Assembly: GCA_020051845.1 (NCBI GenBank)
Contig: JAGVQG010000056.1
Coordinates: 1-59,942, forward strand
DNA length: 59,942 nt
Direction of reading: 5' to 3'
Source: an archaeon
GTDB lineage: Archaea > Nanobdellota > Nanobdellia > Woesearchaeales > ARS49
The translations under genes were made by a program, and so were the position numbers. Below the pieces are notes generated by a model. That model ran no database searches. It was not told the origin of the DNA and was given only the letters and a program-made list of their open reading frames with translations. Shown here in pieces: positions 26,953-35,518 of this stretch (the stretch's first letter is position 1; the number at the start of each line of letters is the position of its first letter).

Positions 26953-27354
26953 TCAGCTGAATCCGTAGAGATTCCTTTTCCCTTGCAACCAGACGAATAT
27001 GTCGTCAAGCGTGCTCAGCATCTTCTTGATCTGTTCAGCCATGTCAAAGCGTATGTTGCGCTTCTCGGCGGCGTTCTTTTCTTTGCTTATCGCAACCGCA
27101 ACAGCTTTCATCAGATCGAAAACACCGACGACGTGCTTCTCGACCAGATCGCTCGCCATCTTTCCTGCCTCGGTCTTTGGGAACGCGCTCTTGAGACTCA
27201 CAGCCCATGGCCTGAACCTGCTGTGCCAGACAAGGATGAGTTCGGTATCGAGCGGGTCAGGGTTCTCAGGATCGACCTTTGACAGGATTATATTGGCCTG
27301 CGAAGTCAGACCTAATATGATCGCTTTCATCTCCTCTTTTTTCTTTTTGTCCAT
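26953..27354 (-). CDS. hypothetical protein; start codon 2 nt from tRNA-Arg 3' end
   Basis: 133-aa ORF beginning MDKKKKEEMK... No motif recognised. Confidence 0.5.
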   Translation of the reverse strand: MDKKKKEEMKAIILGLTSQANIILSKVDPENPDPLDTELILVWHSRFRPWAVSLKSAFPKTEAGKMASDLVEKHVVGVFDLMKAVAVAISKEKNAAEKRNIRFDMAEQIKKMLSTLDDIFVWLQGKRNLYGFS

Positions 27355-27356
27355 AC

Positions 27357-27429
27357 GGGCCTAGGAGGATTTGAACCCCCGTCTCATGGTCCGAAGCCAC
27401 GCGTACTATCCAAGCTATACTATAGGCCC
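27357..27429 (-). tRNA. tRNA-Arg (anticodon UCG)
   Basis: Folded by hand. Acceptor GGGCCUA/UAGGCCC, D stem GUAU/GUAC, anticodon stem CGUGG/CCAUG with loop CUUCGGA, T arm GGGGG-UUCAAAU-CCUCC. No intron and no encoded CCA. Confidence 0.9.
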
Positions 27430-27454
27430 TTGGTTTGTTCGTTGAAATTATGTA

Positions 27455-27463
27455 GAATATAAA
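27455..27463 (-). promoter_or_regulatory. TATA box of tRNA-Arg
   Basis: Minus-strand TTTATATTC, 26 nt upstream of tRNA position 1. Confidence 0.5.
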
Positions 27464-27530
27464 TCAGACGGCCCGCGCAATCAAAGATTGCGCTGTCGTC
27501 GCTGCCAGAAATTGCGTGAAAGCTGAGCGT

Positions 27531-27547
27531 TACTATAGGCCCTTGGT
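27531..27547 (-). repeat. 17-nt exact duplicate of the tRNA-Arg 5' leader plus first 12 nt (partner at 27418-27434)
   Basis: TACTATAGGCCCTTGGT occurs at both positions, offset by 113 nt. The second copy has its own TATA-like element (27571-27577) at similar spacing. Confidence 0.8.
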
Positions 27548-27634
27548 AGATAACAATCATTTTGTGTCTGTTATATACAAGAGAATCGGTGTGTGATGGT
27601 GCGATCACTTCTTTTTGTAGCACATCCTATATCT

Positions 27635-28075
27635 TCACACTTTTTGGAACAGTCTCTTCTTTTGTTTGGCTTTGTGTCTTTTATCTTTGATCGCGGTTTC
27701 GTACATCGATTGTAATGGCAGGTTGTTGACTGGCGGGAGTCGTCTGTGTCGCGGCTTGCTTGCGGATAAGCAACCTATCAATTTCCTTGCCAGTACGACG
27801 GTCAGATTATCGTCGGTTATGTTCCTGTTTTTGGTCCCTATCCACGTGTATGCGTTGACGGATGCTGCTCGTCCCTGGTATATCTTCTCGACTACGCCAT
27901 CGATGGCGTCATCTATCGTCTCGCGTTTGATGTCGAGCACCCATTCTTTCCTGCCTTTGTCGTTTTTCTCTTGGTACAGCCAGACAGTGCTTGCCTTGAA
28001 TGATGGTCTTTCAGGATCGTATTCGGGTCGGGTATAGTATCCTGTCACCAGTAGATAGCCTGTCTTCACTCCCAT
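27635..28075 (-). CDS. hypothetical protein
   Basis: 146-aa ORF with a basic C-terminus. No motif recognised. Confidence 0.5.
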   Translation of the reverse strand: MGVKTGYLLVTGYYTRPEYDPERPSFKASTVWLYQEKNDKGRKEWVLDIKRETIDDAIDGVVEKIYQGRAASVNAYTWIGTKNRNITDDNLTVVLARKLIGCLSASKPRHRRLPPVNNLPLQSMYETAIKDKRHKAKQKKRLFQKV

Positions 28076-28152
28076 CTCTCGCTCGCGTCTGAAGACCTTA
28101 TAAGAACATTATGGATTTCAAGAATCGCGCAGCTACTTCTTGGTCGAGGTGT

Positions 28153-28980
28153 TCACAATATCCGCGCGTTGCTGTACATCTGTAGCGCATGGAATCCTGT
28201 TCGTTCTTGCGAGTACCATTTCGCCATCTGTCTCACGCATATTGGTCCATAGAGTTTGTTGACTTTGCGTGAGTTGATATTCCCGTTGGTTTGCTGTTCG
28301 ACAGCCACATCAAGGAGCATGCCTTTTGTCCAGCCTTCGTCGTCTGCTACGCCGCCGGTTTCGAACCATCTGCATAGGCTCTCGTATGCGGTGTCATACT
28401 TCTCCGGCAGGCCGACTTCCGAGGCGATGCTGTCTCCGAGATTGCGGTATTTGCTCGGCGCTACGCAGAAGGCGCGACGGCGGCAGGTTTTTCCCAAGGC
28501 CGACATCCTTTCTTCCGTCGTGCTTTTCGGAGTCAGCTGTTTCAATTCTGTCTCCCTCAGCAACTCACCCAGCTCAGGTACGTCAATCATGGCGCGCACA
28601 GCAGCCACTCCTTTGTGCTGGTATGCACGGAGATTCTCTATGTTCGCGGCAAGTTCACACTCACCTTTGTCCCACAGAAACTCAGGCAGTATAGTCCCGT
28701 GGAACAGGAATGCGTATGTCGAAGCGTCGACTACTTTTCCGGGTGTGTCCACATGGCCGCCTTTCTCCCACTTTGGCGCGAGGCGGTTGATCTCTGGGCG
28801 TTGGAAGTATTGGCATAGCTTCCTGTAGATTACATCTTCAGGAGTGCCCCAGATGAAACTCATGTGTTGGGCTTTTTCGCGGAATTCGCGGGGCGAGCTG
28901 TGTTTAGAGGCATACAACAGCGCTTCCTCGAAATATATTCCTTGGTCGATTCGGGGCTGTCTTTTGAAGGATTCTTGCAT
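28153..28980 (-). CDS. hypothetical protein
   Basis: 275-aa ORF. No motif recognised. Confidence 0.55.
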   Translation of the reverse strand: MQESFKRQPRIDQGIYFEEALLYASKHSSPREFREKAQHMSFIWGTPEDVIYRKLCQYFQRPEINRLAPKWEKGGHVDTPGKVVDASTYAFLFHGTILPEFLWDKGECELAANIENLRAYQHKGVAAVRAMIDVPELGELLRETELKQLTPKSTTEERMSALGKTCRRRAFCVAPSKYRNLGDSIASEVGLPEKYDTAYESLCRWFETGGVADDEGWTKGMLLDVAVEQQTNGNINSRKVNKLYGPICVRQMAKWYSQERTGFHALQMYSNARIL

Positions 28981-29113
28981 TTTGCACCTTTTGGGGTATG
29001 CTTAGAACGCCGGATGACTATATAAATCTTACTAAGAATAACCACCAAATAGTGACAACAAAACAAGGATTCTGGCATCGTCCCACATAAACCATCCACA
29101 GCCCCACTGTAAC

Positions 29114-29122
29114 CTTTATAAG
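29114..29122 (+). promoter_or_regulatory. TATA box of proS (leaderless arrangement)
   Basis: CTTTATAAG ends 23 nt before ATG 29145. Confidence 0.45.
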
Positions 29123-29144
29123 TGCCATATCGATAGCCCCTCCT

Positions 29145-30617
29145 ATGCCTGACAAGCCCAAACTCAAGGAACAAGACAAGGAGCAGACTCTCGGCCTCTC
29201 GGTCAAGAAATCCGAGAACCTCGCCGACTGGTATCCTGAGGTAGTACTCAAGGCAGAGATGGCTGATTACAGTCCTGTCAAGGGCTGCATGGTGATCCGT
29301 CCGAACGCCTACGCGATCTGGCAGACCATCCAAGAGGAGTTCAACAAGCGTCTCGTTGAGTTGAAGGTGCAGAACGCGTACTTCCCGCTATTCATCCCGG
29401 AATCTTTCTTCAAGAAAGAGGCGACTCATGCAGAGGGCTTCAGCCCAGAAGTGGCCTGGATCGCCAACACCGAAGAAGGGGGTGAGCGGCTCGCCATACG
29501 TCCCACGAGCGAGACCATAATGTACGACATGTACTCGAAATGGATACGCTCCTACAGGGATCTGCCATTGCGCATCAATCAATGGTGCAATGTCGTACGC
29601 TGGGAGACGAAAGCGACAAAGCTATTCCTGAGGACAAGAGAATTCCTTTGGCAGGAAGGCCACTGTGTCTATGAGACGAAAGAGCAGTGCGACGAAGAAG
29701 TCAAGCTGATGATCATGGAGTACAAGAAGGTCGCGGAAGAGCTTCTGGCAGTGCCAGTCATCGTCGGAAAGAAGACGAAGTACGAGACCTTCGCCGGCGC
29801 GGACTACTCGCTAACGATTGAATCATTCATGCCTGATGGGAAGGCGTTGCAGTCCGGTACGAGCCACAATCTCGGCCAGGGTTTCGCGAAATCCTTCGGC
29901 ATAAGCTTCCTTGGAAAGGACAGCGAACAGCACGTTCCCTGGCAATCTTCCTGGGGATTCTCGACGAGACTCATCGGCGCGCTGATAATGACGCACGGCG
30001 ACGACAAGGGAGTAATCATTCCACCAAAGGTCGCGCAGTACCAGGCAGTCATAGTGCCGATCCTTTTCGACAAGACAAAGGACGCTGTCCTCGCCGAATG
30101 TAGGGCATTGGAAGAAGCTTTGCGCAATGACGGAATCCGTATTGTTCTCGACGACCGCGACGAGCACAGCTCGGGCTGGAAGTTCAACCATTGGGAACTG
30201 CGCGGCGTGCCTCTGAGGATAGAGCTAGGTCCAAAGGATTTGGAGAAGAAGCAAGTCATGCTCGTGCACAGGCACACCGGAAAGAAACATCCCGTGTCAA
30301 TGGACAATCTCGCTGATGTCATAGAAAAAGAACTGGAACAAGTCCAAAAAGAGCTTTTGGCGATCGCCAAGAAGCGTTTGGAAGACAACATAGTCAAAGT
30401 CACGACAAAAGAGCAGTTGCTGCAAGCGCTCGAGCAGAAGAAGCTCGCTCTTGCGCCATTCTGCTGCGACAAGGAAATCGAGGAAGAGCTCAAGGCAGGT
30501 ACTGGCGGCGCGACGAGCCGTTGCATCCCCCTTGACGCTCCTGAACCTAAAGGCATGAAATGCGTCTGGTCAGGACGAGAGGCGAAGGCTTGGGTCTATT
30601 TCGCCAAGTCGTATTGA
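29145..30617 (+). CDS. proS: prolyl-tRNA synthetase (archaeal/eukaryotic type)
   Basis: Class II motifs and a C-terminal Zn-binding-type domain ending YFAKSY. Confidence 0.95.
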   Translation: MPDKPKLKEQDKEQTLGLSVKKSENLADWYPEVVLKAEMADYSPVKGCMVIRPNAYAIWQTIQEEFNKRLVELKVQNAYFPLFIPESFFKKEATHAEGFSPEVAWIANTEEGGERLAIRPTSETIMYDMYSKWIRSYRDLPLRINQWCNVVRWETKATKLFLRTREFLWQEGHCVYETKEQCDEEVKLMIMEYKKVAEELLAVPVIVGKKTKYETFAGADYSLTIESFMPDGKALQSGTSHNLGQGFAKSFGISFLGKDSEQHVPWQSSWGFSTRLIGALIMTHGDDKGVIIPPKVAQYQAVIVPILFDKTKDAVLAECRALEEALRNDGIRIVLDDRDEHSSGWKFNHWELRGVPLRIELGPKDLEKKQVMLVHRHTGKKHPVSMDNLADVIEKELEQVQKELLAIAKKRLEDNIVKVTTKEQLLQALEQKKLALAPFCCDKEIEEELKAGTGGATSRCIPLDAPEPKGMKCVWSGREAKAWVYFAKSY

Positions 30618-31100
30618 ATGGATGATTTACTGAGCATAATCGAGCAGAGGATCGAGGACACCGAGACCGAACACCTCAGGATGATGCATCCCTTCTTGCG
30701 CAGGTGGCATGAAGATGTGAAGCCGTGGATACGTTACAAGATCGGCGCCACTCCCCGCGTGAAAGAAGCACCCTATGTTTTCTTGGACAGGGATCTGTAC
30801 GTGAATCTTGTCACCGAAACGATGAAACGCAGGAATATCGTCCCTGCCAACGAGGACTACCTGCCTGTCGAATGTGATTTCGGCTATTTCATAGCGACGC
30901 GCGGCAGGCATCCTGAGGCCCTGATGCCTTTGACAGTGCACTTGCGTGACGGATATTGGGCTGGTTTCGCGGTATGCCTGCCAGTGAAAAACGTCGAGAT
31001 GCCTAGGAAAGGCATGAGGAAGACCGCCACACCCGCGATATTCGAGACGCCAACGCAGAAAGAACCGGTCAGGGCATACGAGACAGTGGCGTCCAGATAG
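30618..31100 (+). CDS. hypothetical protein abutting proS
   Basis: 160-aa ORF. The ATG immediately follows the proS TGA. Confidence 0.5.
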   Translation: MDDLLSIIEQRIEDTETEHLRMMHPFLRRWHEDVKPWIRYKIGATPRVKEAPYVFLDRDLYVNLVTETMKRRNIVPANEDYLPVECDFGYFIATRGRHPEALMPLTVHLRDGYWAGFAVCLPVKNVEMPRKGMRKTATPAIFETPTQKEPVRAYETVASR

Positions 31101-31162
31101 CAGTAGAAACCTTTATATATAGGTGTATTGATATCAGGATATCGTTCTCGGGGTGAATTTTC

Positions 31163-31801
31163 TTGAACGAAGAAAAACAACTTAAAACTGGTACAACCAC
31201 AGTAGCAATCGTGTGCAGGGACGGCGTCATCTTGGCCGCTGATAAGCGCGTGACAGCAGGCTATATCGCGAACAAGCGTTTCCGCAAGATCCTCAACATC
31301 ACAGATAACATCGCAGTCACGGTCGCTGGCAGTGTCAGCGAGGTACAGCTTCTCTCAAGGCTTATCCAAGCAGAGCTAAGGCTGAAGGACCTTCAGACCA
31401 AGCGTATCACGAACGTCAAGGAGGCTGCCAACCTGCTAGCGGGCATGGTCTTCAGCAACTTCCGCAGGATGGCAATGATGCCTGCCATCACCGGCTTCCT
31501 TATGGGTGGCCGTGATGAGAGCGGCCAGTATGCCTATGAGATAGGCATCGACGGCTCGATCATGAAGATCGACGATTACACTTCCGATGGTTCGGGCAGC
31601 TTCTTCGCTATTGGCGTGCTCGAGCAGGAATTCAAGAAGGATCTGTCTATTGATGAAGGCGTCAAGCTGGCCACTCGCGCGATCAACGCTGCGATCCAGC
31701 GCGACCCTTCCTCGGGCAATGGCATAGATGTCGTGGCGATAACAACGTCCGGCGTGAAGACAGTGCTTGAGAAGGAGCTTATCGTCCGTCTGGACGTATA
31801 A
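31163..31801 (+). CDS. psmB: proteasome subunit beta
   Basis: Propeptide followed by GTTTVAIVCRDGVILAADKR (catalytic Thr). TTG start in the ORF track. Confidence 0.93.
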   Translation: MNEEKQLKTGTTTVAIVCRDGVILAADKRVTAGYIANKRFRKILNITDNIAVTVAGSVSEVQLLSRLIQAELRLKDLQTKRITNVKEAANLLAGMVFSNFRRMAMMPAITGFLMGGRDESGQYAYEIGIDGSIMKIDDYTSDGSGSFFAIGVLEQEFKKDLSIDEGVKLATRAINAAIQRDPSSGNGIDVVAITTSGVKTVLEKELIVRLDV

Positions 31802-31833
31802 TTGTCTAAGGCTTCTTTGCACTACTAGAACAT

Positions 31834-33744
31834 ATGGCACAAGCAGAGAAAGTGGAAATCATCAAGGAGATGCTCAAGCTTCTACCTGATGGCATCATAT
31901 CCGACGCCGCATTCGAAGGCGCCAATATCGTCCTTTACACGAAGGACAAGACTTTCTTCAGGGATAACACCGATGATATTCGTGGCCTTGTCAACACGTT
32001 CAAGAAGCGCGTCGAGATGCGCGCCGATCCAAGCATCGCTTTGGACATCGAGGAAGCCGAGAAGATGATCCGCAGCATCGTGCCTGCCGAGGCTGCCGTC
32101 GGTACGGTGAGGTTCGACAGCCAGAGAAGCACGGTATTGATCGAGACAGAGAAGCCCGGTGTCGCCATCGGAAAACAGGGCGAACTCCTCAGACAGATCA
32201 GGTCAGATACTTTCTGGACGCCGGTGGTCCGCAGGATGCCGGCGATCAAGAGCAACCTTATAGAGAATATCCGTCAGGTCTATTTCCAGCATTCCGATTA
32301 CAGGAGAAAATTCCTTGACAAGGTCGGCCATCGTATCTATGATGGCTGGATGCGCGGCAAGAAACAGGAATGGGTGCGCATCACGTTCCTGGGCGCAGGA
32401 AGACAGGTCGGCAGGTCATGCTTCCTGCTTCAGACGCCTGAAAGCAGGATCATGCTTGACTGCGGGGTCAACGTCGCGTCAGACGAGCCCACAGAGGCTT
32501 TCCCGATCCTTGACTGTCCTGAGTTCAACATCCAGGACCTTGACGCGGTCGTACTTTCTCACGCACACCTGGACCACTGCGGTTTCATCCCTTACCTTTT
32601 CAAGTATGGCTATCGTGGCCCGGTGTATTGCACTGAACCCACAAGGGACATCGCAGCACTTCTTCTGATCGACTACGTGAAGATCATGAAGGGCGACAAT
32701 CGCACGATGATCTTCGACATCGACGACATCAAAGAGTTCGTCAAGCACGTGATAACCCTTGATTTCGAGGAAGTCACCGACATAACGCCTGATGTGCGTC
32801 TCACATTATACAACGCAGGCCACATCCTTGGTTCGGCCATGTGCCATTTCAACATCGGCAACGGATTGCACAACTACGTATACACAGCAGACCTGAAGTT
32901 CGGACGCACGCCGCTCCTCGATCCTGCTGCCTGCCACTTCCCGCGTCTTGAGACTCTGATGATTGAATCCACCTATGGTGGTAAGACCAACGTCCTTCCT
33001 CCTGGAAAGGAGCAGGACGAATTCCTCGTGCAGACCATAAAAGAGACCATTGCGAGAGGCGGAAAGGTCCTCATGCCGGTTCTAGGCTCAGGCCGTGCGC
33101 AGGACGTCATGGTGATCATAGAGAATCTGGTGCGCACTGGCCAAATGGAGAAGGTGCCTGTCTATGTCGATGGAATGGTCTGGGACATCACGGCGATCCA
33201 CACCGCTTACCCTGAGTTCCTCAACGGCAACATCCGTAAACTGATTTTCCACAAGGATGAGAATCCTTTCCTTGCCGACTTCTTCAAGCATGTAGGATCC
33301 GCGAAGGAACGCAAGGAAGTCCTTGAAGAGACGGGCGCGTGCGTCATACTCGCCACAAGCGGCATGATGGTGGGTGGTCCTGTGATTGAGTACTTCAAGA
33401 ACTTGGCTGACAACCCCAAGAACACACTTATCTTCTCATCTTACCAAGCAGAGGGTTCACTGGGTTATCGCATCATGCACGGCGAGAAGGAGATCATCTT
33501 CCGCAGCGGCACGCGACCCGAGATGATCAAGGTGAACATGGAGGTCTTCAGGTTGGAGATCACCGACCACAGCGATCGCAAGCAGTTGATGAACTTCCTC
33601 TACAAGGTATCGCCAAGGCCTAAGAAAGTCCTGGTGAACCACGGAGAGGTCAGCAGGTGTCTTGACCTTGCGAGCTCGATCCACAAGCAGAACAAGGTGG
33701 AGACATTAGCCCCGCGCAATTTGGAGACAGTGCGTCTTAAGTGA
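31834..33744 (+). CDS. aCPSF1-type KH-domain / beta-CASP metallo-beta-lactamase ribonuclease
   Basis: N-terminal KH-like region (GVAIGKQG). HAHLDHCG motif and beta-CASP C-terminal motifs. Confidence 0.92.
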   Translation: MAQAEKVEIIKEMLKLLPDGIISDAAFEGANIVLYTKDKTFFRDNTDDIRGLVNTFKKRVEMRADPSIALDIEEAEKMIRSIVPAEAAVGTVRFDSQRSTVLIETEKPGVAIGKQGELLRQIRSDTFWTPVVRRMPAIKSNLIENIRQVYFQHSDYRRKFLDKVGHRIYDGWMRGKKQEWVRITFLGAGRQVGRSCFLLQTPESRIMLDCGVNVASDEPTEAFPILDCPEFNIQDLDAVVLSHAHLDHCGFIPYLFKYGYRGPVYCTEPTRDIAALLLIDYVKIMKGDNRTMIFDIDDIKEFVKHVITLDFEEVTDITPDVRLTLYNAGHILGSAMCHFNIGNGLHNYVYTADLKFGRTPLLDPAACHFPRLETLMIESTYGGKTNVLPPGKEQDEFLVQTIKETIARGGKVLMPVLGSGRAQDVMVIIENLVRTGQMEKVPVYVDGMVWDITAIHTAYPEFLNGNIRKLIFHKDENPFLADFFKHVGSAKERKEVLEETGACVILATSGMMVGGPVIEYFKNLADNPKNTLIFSSYQAEGSLGYRIMHGEKEIIFRSGTRPEMIKVNMEVFRLEITDHSDRKQLMNFLYKVSPRPKKVLVNHGEVSRCLDLASSIHKQNKVETLAPRNLETVRLK

Positions 33745-33764
33745 TATTCTTAGATATCGTTCTA

Positions 33765-34427
33765 TCAAGACTTCTCGTTCATCATCTGCACTTCGAGTTC
33801 CTTTTCCTTGCGCTTGTTCTTCACGTGATGATAGACGAACCAGACGCAACCCACGACAAGCAGCACGGCGACTGCTATGCTTATGGGTTCTGTGTATTCC
33901 CGCACAAGCCTCCATTGTGAGGCAAGGACATATCCGAGATATGCCAAGAACGCGTTCCATATGGTCGCACCGACGAATGTGTATAGTATGAACTTGCCGA
34001 ATTTCATGCGGGCTACGCCTGCGGGGATCGAGATCACGTGCCGTATCACTGGTATGAACCTGCAGATGAATATGGTCTTCTCACCGTGCCTGTGGAAGTA
34101 GTCCTCTGCTTTCTTGAGGTCAGTGACATGCAGCAGGAAATACTTGCCGAAGCGCACGACAAGCGGATAGCCGCCATAGAACCCCATCCAATAAGACAAT
34201 GAAGAACCGACGACGCTGCCTATCCCAGAGAAAAGTATGACGAGCCAGATGTTGAACTGGCCTTGCGCCGCGAGGAAGCCCGCGAAAGGCATAACGAGCT
34301 CGGAGGGCAATGGCGTTATCATGCTCTCGAGTGCCATGAGAACAAGTATGCCACCGTAGCCAAGGAAAGATATCGTTTGCACCGCGAAAGTCGCCATCGC
34401 AGCCATCACGTCGTTTATTATTGACAT
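33765..34427 (-). CDS. dedA: DedA-family membrane protein
   Basis: GYGGILVLMALESMITPLPSELVMPFAGF and RFIPVIRHVISIPAGV. Confidence 0.85.
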   Translation of the reverse strand: MSIINDVMAAMATFAVQTISFLGYGGILVLMALESMITPLPSELVMPFAGFLAAQGQFNIWLVILFSGIGSVVGSSLSYWMGFYGGYPLVVRFGKYFLLHVTDLKKAEDYFHRHGEKTIFICRFIPVIRHVISIPAGVARMKFGKFILYTFVGATIWNAFLAYLGYVLASQWRLVREYTEPISIAVAVLLVVGCVWFVYHHVKNKRKEKELEVQMMNEKS

Positions 34428-34548
34428 CGACCCTGTCGGCGCGAACTCGGCTTATATAGTTTTTGATGGAGCTGCTGATAGGAAGATTTCTTATATTACA
34501 TGACCCAAAACAAACAAAAAACATCTCCGAAAGGAGGCAGGTGAAAAT

Positions 34549-35424
34549 ATGAAGAGTGCAATTGTTTTATTCGTCACACTATGCATTGTGATGTCAGTCG
34601 GTGCTGTGTATACTCCCGACACTAATGTCGTGGTGGATACGGGATCGGCGACTGCATCTGTTGATGTAAGCGGCCAAGGCGGCGTCGATGCGCAAGCTAA
34701 CGCCGCGAACCTGGAGACCAATACCGCCACGCAAGTCACGACAACGCCGACACCGACATTATATGGCGGCGTTGAACCGACTGCGGTTGCGACCACAACC
34801 GGCGCGACCGCTGTTGCTGCAGCAGGCGGCGCTGTGGTCACTACTGGCAACAACGGCGTCTCCGCGCAAGCGGGCGGGAATGTCGTCGCTGTCAATACGC
34901 CCATGCCCACCCAGGCCAGTCCTGTCGCTGTCCAACGCGTTCTTGAGAACCGCAACATCGACGCGACCGAGATCAGCGCTGTGTCGAACGGCGCGACTAT
35001 CGAAATCAAGCCTGGAAGGGTCTCGGCTGGAGATGTCAGCGTTGAGACGACAGAGAACACCGTGACCGTAATGATCAACGGCAAGAAGATCGAGATTACG
35101 CCAGGAGCGACCAACGTCATGATCAGTGAAGGCAACCTGTCTGTCGAGGCAGGCGATGTCAAGATCAGCAATGGCCGCATCAAGGTTGGCGACATCGAGA
35201 TCATGACTCCCGGTGAAGTGATCGTCGGCGACTTGAAGGTCACGGCTAACAAGGTCCAGATAAGGACCGAGGAAGGCAAGGTGGTCTACAATGTCGAGAC
35301 CGCGCGACCCGCGAAGGTATTCTGGCTGTTCCCTGTCAACGTCACTGGCGAGGTCAAGATAAACGCCGAGAATGGACAGACGATCAGGGTCCAGAACCCC
35401 TGGTGGAACTTCCTGGCCTGGTAG
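34549..35424 (+). CDS. secreted low-complexity T/V/A/G-rich protein
   Basis: Sec-type signal MKSAIVLFVTLCIVMSVGA, strong SD AAAGGAGG, short beta-strand-like repeats, and a C-terminus reading VQNPWWNFLAW. Confidence 0.7.
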   Translation: MKSAIVLFVTLCIVMSVGAVYTPDTNVVVDTGSATASVDVSGQGGVDAQANAANLETNTATQVTTTPTPTLYGGVEPTAVATTTGATAVAAAGGAVVTTGNNGVSAQAGGNVVAVNTPMPTQASPVAVQRVLENRNIDATEISAVSNGATIEIKPGRVSAGDVSVETTENTVTVMINGKKIEITPGATNVMISEGNLSVEAGDVKISNGRIKVGDIEIMTPGEVIVGDLKVTANKVQIRTEEGKVVYNVETARPAKVFWLFPVNVTGEVKINAENGQTIRVQNPWWNFLAW

Positions 35425-35429
35425 GTCCG

Positions 35430-35471
35430 TCTTTTTTCTTTTATTTTGTTCTCTCTTTTGTTTATTTTTCC
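35430..35471 (+). terminator. oligo-T tract (archaeal-type terminator candidate)
   Basis: TCTTTTTTCTTTTATTTTGTTCTCTCTTTTGTTTATTTTTCC lies just after the stop codon. Confidence 0.45.
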
Positions 35472-35518
35472 TACACAATCGTTAAATACTCAATCTCTGC
35501 AAATCGTTATTGGTGATT

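Noticed and set aside
27430-29140. Integrated mobile element next to tRNA-Arg
   Set aside because: No integrase, transposase, or capsid or replication gene is recognisable, and the only repeat pair spans 113 nt. It is kept as a possible-scar hypothesis in the findings and not annotated as a mobile element.
29804-30556. 250-aa minus-strand ORF
   Set aside because: It is antisense to proS. The product is Ser-rich with no motifs.
34491-35478. Two long minus-strand ORFs (262 and 239 aa) across the secreted-protein gene
   Set aside because: They are artefacts of the repetitive T/V/A/G codon content of the plus-strand gene. Only the plus-strand gene has an SD, a signal peptide and a terminator.
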